Below are positions 1-5,862 of a DNA stretch of 20,236 nt, one piece after another. How positions within the stretch are numbered: the stretch's first letter is position 1; each line of letters starts with the position of its first letter. This DNA comes from a bacterium (lineage in GTDB: Bacteria > Zhuqueibacterota > Zhuqueibacteria > Oceanimicrobiales > Oceanimicrobiaceae): NCBI GenBank assembly GCA_046757165.1, contig JBHHXT010000080.1:1-20236 (forward strand), in the 5' to 3' direction. Below the pieces are notes generated by a model. It was not told the DNA's origin, ran no database searches, and saw only the letters and a list, made by a program, of their open reading frames with translations. The translations under genes were made by a program, and so were the position numbers.

Positions 1-206
1 ATGCTTTCGAAGAAGGCTCTCTGTCTCGTCCAATAACGTATGCTTTTTTGTTTCCGCAATATCTTTGACAAAGTCAATACAATAAATGAATCGCTTAAAG
101 ATCCCCCGGAGGGGAGCGGGTAAATCTCCTCAACCACCAGACAATCAATGAATGTGCCACAATGCAGATGCTATAATTTACATAACTTACAAAAAAGGCA
201 AGGTGA

Positions 207-989
207 TTATCGTGACAAATGTGGGTCACGAAGGTTACTCCGCTCACCGGACAACTCCCGGATGAACTTCATCATTCTGTCCACATGGGAGCCCGGCCAG
301 TAGACTCTCTCGCACGCCTGGCAGCGGGAATACACCTGATAATAACTGGCGCTCTCAGCGGGCAAACGACTCGCCACGGCTTCTTTGTCGACGCGTTCGA
401 TTTTGCCGTTGCACACCATGCAGCGGGCAAACGGTTTGATCTGAGCAAACAGGTCGAACCGCTGCAGCACTTCCCGCACCTGTGTTCGCGGGCTGGTCGA
501 CCGCAGCCACGTGCCGTGCGTCACCGCGCCGTTCTTCAGCAACCCCTGATCCCGGGTCAGGATGATGCGCCGGTCAGCGACGGAAATGCGCACGATCTGG
601 GCGTCTTCATAATCATTGCGGTAAAAGGTGTCAAACCCGAGCATGCGCAGGTAGCGCGCCAGCTTCCCCAGATGGACATCCAGAATGAATTTTGTCTTCC
701 GCAGCGGCTTTTCCCGCAGCCGCAAAAGCGGCGTGATATCCAGACGTTCAAAAACAGGATACACGGAGACGCGGTCCCGGTCTCGCAAATGGTAATCGAA
801 CCCGACCGCTTTACCGTTGGTTATTATCAAATCCACTTCAGTGTGTGGTGCACCGATGGCTTCGATACTGTCTTTGACCGCGGGCTTGCCGGCAAAGGCG
901 TAGGGAAAGGAGGTCTGGCGTTTTTCTGGCGGCAGGAAATCGTTCAGCTCGGCGTAAAAGCGAAAGTACGCGACTTTGTCTGTCATCAT
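207..989 (-). CDS. Mut7-C ubiquitin-like + Mut7-C RNase (PIN-fold) domain protein
   Basis: N-terminal FRFYAELNDFLP...VKDSIEAIGAPHTEVDL (Mut7-C ubiquitin-like). C-terminal FILDVHLGKLARYLRMLGFDT, ILTRD and a zinc ribbon RCMVCNG...RCQACERVYWPGSH. The ORF track starts at TTG 1022; ATG at 989 or 986 is more likely. Confidence 0.9.
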   Translation of the reverse strand: MMTDKVAYFRFYAELNDFLPPEKRQTSFPYAFAGKPAVKDSIEAIGAPHTEVDLIITNGKAVGFDYHLRDRDRVSVYPVFERLDITPLLRLREKPLRKTKFILDVHLGKLARYLRMLGFDTFYRNDYEDAQIVRISVADRRIILTRDQGLLKNGAVTHGTWLRSTSPRTQVREVLQRFDLFAQIKPFARCMVCNGKIERVDKEAVASRLPAESASYYQVYSRCQACERVYWPGSHVDRMMKFIRELSGERSNLRDPHLSR

Positions 990-1011
990 CACCCCGGTTG
1001 ATTGGATAGGC

Positions 1012-1041
1012 AAATTACTCAAAAGCGGAGTTAGAAGTCAA
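1012..1041 (-). promoter_or_regulatory. possible sigma-70 promoter of the Mut7-C gene (TTGACT-N18-TAATTT)
   Basis: Minus-strand TTGACT (1041-1036) and TAATTT (1017-1012), about 23 bp upstream of ATG 989. Confidence 0.3.
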
Positions 1042-1069
1042 GGAAAAGAAAACGCGTTCTGTGTAGAAC

Positions 1070-1134
1070 AAACACGGTTTGCAACCGTGTTTCAGGGGCA
1101 AATCCGAGAGGGATACACAGTTGCAAGCTGTGTA
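1070..1134. repeat. two related palindromes ACACRG-N7-CYGTGT
   Basis: ACACGG-TTTGCAA-CCGTGT at 1072-1090, extending to a perfect 10-bp inverted repeat at 1070-1092. ACACAG-TTGCAAG-CTGTGT at 1115-1133. The copies are 43 bp apart. Confidence 0.75.
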
Positions 1135-1353
1135 GGATCACCTTTCAATAACTTGTTGTACGTCTTGAAAAGAACTTTTGGTGGATATCCAGAAAGAAAA
1201 CGCTTGGGAGGAATCAGGCGGAAGGGTCAAGGTCCCGTGCTCCTACTCAGTCGAGCACCCCGACTTCGAAGCAAATATGAGGTTTTTTGACAGCAGTGCA
1301 GTCAAGAAAGTCCGGAGGTTGTATTGGCAGGTGTTGGGCCAGACGACGCAGGG

Positions 1354-2436
1354 CTATCTTTCTGTGGCAACAATAAAGTTGTGCGCCTTGATAACCCCAC
1401 ACCGGCGGATGGTGAACCCATTTTCGTGCGCATACAGCCCAAGCTGTCGTTCATCCATGAGCTCGCGATAGCAGTAGCCCAATCGCTCGCGCGTCAAGTG
1501 GTAGAAGGTTCTCCATCGCGGCAGGTCGCGAGTCGAAGTCATGATGGCAACGCCGCCTGGTTTCAGGAATTTGCGGTGGAAGTCAAAGGCCAGGGGCTTA
1601 TCCTCATCTGAATAGTGTTCGATGAGGCCAACGCTCAAGACCACATCGAATTCTTGGCCATACCCCAGGTCTTGGATGTTGCACACTTCAAAATCGATAT
1701 CGAAATCTTCTCTTGTGTAGACATTCCAATACCCGGTTTTGGCATCCTTTGCGAGGAATGGATAGTCCCCTGGAAACCCACCAAACCGATGTGTTTTGCA
1801 GAAGCCATCGAAATCGACAAGCACTGCGTGTCCGCCGGGATACATGGAAAGCAGCAGCATGGCGTCATAGCCGTCCCCGGCACCCAGCAGCAAGATGTTC
1901 GGTTTTTTCAGGCCTAGCTCACTGAAGGCTTGTCGTTTTCCTCTGGGGTCCCAAATCGCATCCTCCTTATGATGGAGGTAGTTCCAAGCCCTCAGCATAA
2001 TGAGCTCTTGCATGTCTGCATCCGCCGCCCTGAGATCAAATCGAAGCAACTTTCTCAGGATCTCACTTCGCAAAAGTTTTGTTTTTTCAGAAAAGTCCGA
2101 GACAAACAGTTCGTGAAAATTACGATTGAAGTGGCTCCATTGAATCGGTAGTGGCATTTGTCTACCATGCTTTTTCTCCCATAGCGCCTTTTGTGTAGCG
2201 TAGTTTGTCGTCTGATAGGGTCTTCCGATGGACTCCCAGTTTAGCCGCGACCAGTCTAAATGGCTGTAATCAAAGAAAACGTCAGGTGGACGTGTGCGCA
2301 GGTCTGTGCGATATATCTGAGTAATCTCACTGGTTTCAAGTTGATATGATTCCAGGTGGAGATATCCTCTGCCCTGCGTTTCGTGTATCGAACTCCTGGG
2401 AGTCTGCTTGGCGAAATATATATTATTAACCTGCAT
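1354..2436 (-). CDS. class I SAM-dependent methyltransferase with an uncharacterised N-terminal region
   Basis: Motif I ILLLGAGDGYD, acidic VLVDFD, FDVVLSVGLIEHY and LKPGG. The first ~175 aa were not recognised. The start codon is uncertain. Confidence 0.85.
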   Translation of the reverse strand: MQVNNIYFAKQTPRSSIHETQGRGYLHLESYQLETSEITQIYRTDLRTRPPDVFFDYSHLDWSRLNWESIGRPYQTTNYATQKALWEKKHGRQMPLPIQWSHFNRNFHELFVSDFSEKTKLLRSEILRKLLRFDLRAADADMQELIMLRAWNYLHHKEDAIWDPRGKRQAFSELGLKKPNILLLGAGDGYDAMLLLSMYPGGHAVLVDFDGFCKTHRFGGFPGDYPFLAKDAKTGYWNVYTREDFDIDFEVCNIQDLGYGQEFDVVLSVGLIEHYSDEDKPLAFDFHRKFLKPGGVAIMTSTRDLPRWRTFYHLTRERLGYCYRELMDERQLGLYAHENGFTIRRCGVIKAHNFIVATER

Positions 2437-2461
2437 TGGAATAGCTCTGTTCTTTGTTAGC

Positions 2462-2481
2462 TGATAATGATAATAATGGGC
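2462..2481. promoter_or_regulatory. Fur-box-like operator upstream of the methyltransferase
   Basis: GATAATGATAATAATGGGC (2463-2481) matches 15/19 positions of the classical Fur consensus GATAATGATAATCATTATC. It lies ~27 bp upstream of ATG 2436. Confidence 0.5.
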
Positions 2482-2666
2482 AAATCCGTGTGTCTTGAGA
2501 TGAAGGGCAATGTTGGAGCAACAACCCTCATTCCGGACAAGAGAGTCTCAACACTGAGCCAGGGCACGTCATCAGAATCTATCGGCCTCCACGACCAGCA
2601 AGTATAATACGTCAATGTTTTCAAAATAGCCAGGATTCTCTGACCCGGGAGTCGATGGAAGCCTGG

Positions 2667-3284
2667 TCAATGATACACGGCGTAATCTCCCTCTGACTCT
2701 CTATGCAGTCGGAGCGTCACTATCGCATCGCCGCTGGCCATTTTGCGCCAGTACGTGATCTCGATGCCGGAAAGATCTCTGTACGCCTCGGGACTGAATC
2801 GAGATGAAGTCTCATAAACGTCGATGAACAAAGAATCCGAATCAACGGCGCTGCCGGCATCCAGGCGGGTATTATCATAATAAACCGTATTGGTGTATTC
2901 CAGATATTCCAGCGATTTTTTGAAAATACGCCACTGGCTATACATTGATTCCGATGGATTCTTACTGATGGCGAAGCGCGTAATTTTTGCCGTCAGCACT
3001 TCAGATTCAGCGGAGGTAATCGAGATGTCCATATCCTCGAACCACATTTCTGAAAGCGCCATTTCGTCCAGGAGGTGGCGGATGCCAGCCAGGACCGCTT
3101 TCGAAAGTGCCAATAACGTTTCGGGGTGGTCAACCCATTCTTCAAAACCTGCATTGGACTTTTTGTTCGATGTAGAGGCACAGCTTGCCACAAGAAGACA
3201 AGCGAGCAACAAAACGGAGCTCGAGCGTTGCCCAAATCTCGATTGAATGTGCCTTTGGCAGTTTAAATGGTGAGCTCTTGCCAT
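2667..3284 (-). CDS. hypothetical protein, probable lipoprotein
   Basis: About 205-aa ORF. Basic N-region, hydrophobic VLLLACLL and lipobox VAS-C. No recognisable domain. Start is ATG 3284 (ORF track: TTG 3290). Confidence 0.65.
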   Translation of the reverse strand: MARAHHLNCQRHIQSRFGQRSSSVLLLACLLVASCASTSNKKSNAGFEEWVDHPETLLALSKAVLAGIRHLLDEMALSEMWFEDMDISITSAESEVLTAKITRFAISKNPSESMYSQWRIFKKSLEYLEYTNTVYYDNTRLDAGSAVDSDSLFIDVYETSSRFSPEAYRDLSGIEITYWRKMASGDAIVTLRLHRESEGDYAVYH

Positions 3285-3620
3285 GCTCAATTGTTGAAGT
3301 GACTTGTTTGTTTGTCTTCCATTTTCATGGGGTGTCAGATTTCGGCAGATGCCATCGTGTTACACCAGTTCTGATACCGCACAGGGGGAATTCGGCACGT
3401 ATCGTCTCTTGAGGCGACAGTGACACCATTCCCCGGGAATAATAGAATATACAGGCAAACAGCCCATTTTTGCGAAAAGGTGACACCCTGTCTCAATAAT
3501 AAGAATCGATGAACGATCCGAAATCGTGTTGCCGTTCCTGGCACTTTGTCCCCTTGCCGTCTTCAAATCCCCTGAACCGGCAATTAACCGACAATCAGAT
3601 GCAAAATTCCGGAATTCTCT

Positions 3621-3737
3621 TCCGCAAGGCCTTCATCTTGCATGTATGAACACTCAAAAATAGCATAAGTAGGCCGCGTCTTGTCCGCACTGCCTTACTC
3701 TTGCATGTATGAAGACTTGAAAATAGAAATAAGGGCC
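3621..3737 (+). repeat. imperfect tandem duplication, 63-bp period
   Basis: TCCGCA at 3621 and 3684. TCTTGCATGTATGAA is identical in both copies (TTGC at 3638 and 3701). Both copies continue with AAAATAG..ATAAG..GGCC. Confidence 0.85.
3627..3642 (+). promoter_or_regulatory. candidate sigma-54 (-24/-12) promoter
   Basis: AGGCCTTCATCTTGCA: GG at 3628-3629, N10, GC at 3640-3641 within TTGCA. It points toward a cluster that encodes a GAFTGA activator. The match around -24 is imperfect versus TGGCACG. Confidence 0.45.
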
Positions 3738-3761
3738 TATGCGGGAATCCAGTGCTTTCCG

Positions 3762-3860
3762 GCGACAGTTCTTCCTCCTCCGACTATGGCTCTTGTGCGA
3801 CTTTGGTTTCTGCGACATTCATCTTCCTCCGACATGGTTCTTGCGCGACTTTGATTTCTG
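3762..3860 (+). repeat. imperfect tandem duplication (~50-bp unit) built from six SCGACW subunits
   Basis: Unit 1 (3762-3811) gcgacagttcttcctcctccgactatggctcttgtgcgactttggtttct. Unit 2 (3812-3860) gcgacattcatcttcctccgacatggttcttgcgcgactttgatttctg. CGAC at 3763, 3781, 3798, 3813, 3830 and 3846. Confidence 0.85.
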
Positions 3861-3996
3861 ATGGTTAGTTAGGGACGGCGCTCCTACACTACCAAGAGTA
3901 CCATTTGAAACGAATGAAACGAAGAGTTACTCGCTTCACAAAGCACATTTTTGGAAGTCAGATAAGATTTGTGTAAAAATTTGAGTGAGGTTAGTT

Positions 3997-5004
3997 ATGC
4001 AAGTGCCAGCAGGCGCAACAACCAATTCGCGTAGTGTTGGGGATAATGGCAAGCAAGAATCGAGGGGCTGGGTCGACGGTGACGGCTCTATCCGGATCAG
4101 TGGCGCTGCGGCCCTCAAGGCCCGATCTTCTGCCGTTGTCAGCGGACTGTCGAGACGGTGCAAGGACTTGTATTCGGACATGTTCGTCTCTCCGCTATTC
4201 CTCGCGGCAATGGTCTCAATCATCTTATTCATTCCCAAACGATTGCTCAAGTACAATAGGAATCTCCTGGCCAGAGGGTTCCGGTTTGCCAGGAGGGTGA
4301 TGAAGAGGGGGTTAGATGTCTTTGGTGCCTTGATGGGCTTGCTGCTCTCGTCCCTGATTCTGCTGTTTCTACCCATCCTGATCAAGCTTGATTCCCACGG
4401 GAGTGTTTTGTTCAAACAAAAGCGGATAGGGAAGAATCGCAGAAAACGAGACCGTCGGGTTGTGACTGTTGAAATACCGTATGAAAGGCGGTCAAAAGCC
4501 AGACGACAAGATGACTTGTTGGGCAAGCCGTTCATGGTCTACAAGTTCCGGAGCATGAGGCAGGATGCTGAGAAAAAAACCGGGCCTGTGTGGGCGAGCA
4601 GCGATGACCCCAGAATTACGCGGATTGGAAGAGTGCTCCGTCCTTACCATATCGATGAGATACCGCAGTTTGTCAATGTGTTGCTGGGTGAGATGAGCCT
4701 CGTGGGTCCCAGGCCGGAGAGGCCGGAGTTTGTGAGCAAACTCAAGAAGAAAATTCCTGATTACCAGAAGAGATTCAAAAGCAAGCCGGGATTGACCGGT
4801 TTGGCACAGCTAAACTGTGGCTATGACACCACGACGGAGGACGTCACTCAGAAATTGAAGTTCGACCTGCAATACATCAATAATAAGCAATTCATGACTG
4901 ACGTCAGGATACTCTGGGACACCGTCCTGAAGATAGCCACGAACTATCACGCAAAGCTCGATGAAGGAAAAAAGACTGGTGCATCCGAACAACACATTCA
5001 GTAG
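3997..5004 (+). CDS. priming sugar transferase (polyprenyl-phosphate phosphoglycosyltransferase, Bac_transf; WcaJ/WbaP catalytic-domain type)
   Basis: KRGLDVFGA + hydrophobic helix, IKLDSHGSVLFKQKRIG, YKFRSM, DDPRITRIGRVLR, IDEIPQFVNVLLGEMSLVGPRPE, KPGLTGLAQ, DLQYI. Shine-Dalgarno TGAGGT at 3986-3991 precedes ATG 3997 (ORF track start 3985). Confidence 0.93.
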   Translation: MQVPAGATTNSRSVGDNGKQESRGWVDGDGSIRISGAAALKARSSAVVSGLSRRCKDLYSDMFVSPLFLAAMVSIILFIPKRLLKYNRNLLARGFRFARRVMKRGLDVFGALMGLLLSSLILLFLPILIKLDSHGSVLFKQKRIGKNRRKRDRRVVTVEIPYERRSKARRQDDLLGKPFMVYKFRSMRQDAEKKTGPVWASSDDPRITRIGRVLRPYHIDEIPQFVNVLLGEMSLVGPRPERPEFVSKLKKKIPDYQKRFKSKPGLTGLAQLNCGYDTTTEDVTQKLKFDLQYINNKQFMTDVRILWDTVLKIATNYHAKLDEGKKTGASEQHIQ

Positions 5005-5062
5005 CCCGCGCGATTTCGCGTGAGCTGACTCTGGGGGCTGAGACGACAAAAAACAAAATGAC

Positions 5063-5860
5063 GTGCTTGATTTTCTTTTACTGAGGGAAATAGGTGTAGT
5101 GTTCCAAAGGCCTCTTGTTTGTTTTTCGATGTTCCTTTTCTTGACATCAGGTAACTTGAAGAGCGTAGTTTTTGCTCAAGAGCATGGCAATAACTCTACA
5201 GGTAAACTGGTGGTCGATTCCATTCCCCGGGGCGCCTATGTCGAGGTTTCCGGGAGCTACAGCTTTGTTGGGCGAACACCTTTTGTCATCCCACAGAAAC
5301 TGTACGGAAAATACAAGGTGACTGGCAGGATGGACGGCTATGAAACGATTAGCTCAACGATAACGTTGGCGCGGCGCGGCGCCAGTCAGATTACGCTGCG
5401 CCTCAACAAAAAGACAAGGCTCAAGGCTGGGTACAGGTCGCTGTTGTTGCCCGGTTGGGGACAGTTCTATGGACAGGGCAAGTTCAAGGGCGCTTTTTCC
5501 GGGCTGACTCAACTGACCCTGGTGGCTGTAACTCTGGTCGCTGAGAGTAACTATCAGAATGCGAAGGAGGAGTATGAGCTGGCCCTCGACCATTTTAATC
5601 GGGTTCGTCATAACCTCGATGAGGCGGAACCGGCCTTCACAATCGTTCAGCGAAGATTCGACCATGCGAAGGATGTCCAGGGCTTTCGAAATGCTTTGTT
5701 TTATGTGACGGCGGGCTTCTGGGTTTATACTTTCCTGGATTCCATGGTTTTCTTTTCTACGGGGAAGAAACCATCTCACAAATCCATCTGGCAAAAGCCG
5801 TACATTTCCGGTCAAATCAACCACAACAGAGTACTATTGTCAATGAGAGTAAGTTTCTAG
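5063..5860 (+). CDS. exported PEGA-domain protein with a DUF5683-like C-terminal half
   Basis: Signal-like N-terminus (..VFA-QE). PEGA-like GKLVVDSIPRGAYVEV...VGRTP...GKYKV...GYE. Then RSLLLPGWGQFY with two hydrophobic helices. Ends in Phe. Start uncertain. Confidence 0.75.
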   Translation: MLDFLLLREIGVVFQRPLVCFSMFLFLTSGNLKSVVFAQEHGNNSTGKLVVDSIPRGAYVEVSGSYSFVGRTPFVIPQKLYGKYKVTGRMDGYETISSTITLARRGASQITLRLNKKTRLKAGYRSLLLPGWGQFYGQGKFKGAFSGLTQLTLVAVTLVAESNYQNAKEEYELALDHFNRVRHNLDEAEPAFTIVQRRFDHAKDVQGFRNALFYVTAGFWVYTFLDSMVFFSTGKKPSHKSIWQKPYISGQINHNRVLLSMRVSF

Positions 5861-5862
5861 TG

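Noticed and set aside
65..77. TTGAC-AAA-GTCAA palindrome (and TTGAC-N9-GTCAA at 1287-1305) as FNR-type sites
   Set aside because: The spacers (3 and 9 nt) do not fit the N4 geometry and differ from each other. Five-bp arms arise easily by chance.
1..129. Open minus-strand frame running off the left edge (..IAETKKHTLLDETESLLRKH)
   Set aside because: No ATG start or clear ribosome-binding site, and too short to call. It could be the start of a gene outside the window.
219..1001. 260-aa + strand ORF and other overlapping or antisense ORFs (e.g. 3936-4535, 5354-5824, 13690-14307, 19688-19969)
   Set aside because: They are shadows of well-supported genes on the other strand or frame and have no recognisable motifs.
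1093..1140. c-di-GMP-I riboswitch-like start (GGGCAAA-TCC-GAGA-GGGA)
   Set aside because: The stem is too short, the GACGCAAAG and second-stem elements are missing, and it is on the + strand with no downstream + gene.
3539..3557. Sigma-54 promoter TGGCAC...TTGC
   Set aside because: GG-to-GC spacing is 14 nt rather than the obligatory 10.
3737..3835. 32-codon minus-strand ORF (MSEEDECRRNQ...) across the CGAC repeats
   Set aside because: The repeat units are not multiples of three and there is no peptide-level repeat, so a coding explanation is unsupported.
3621..3860. CRISPR array
   Set aside because: Only two imperfect copies of each unit, no unique spacers of constant length and no cas genes.
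5003..5026. Hairpin after the sugar transferase stop as an intrinsic terminator
   Set aside because: The stem depends on G-U pairs and a mismatch, and no U-tract follows.
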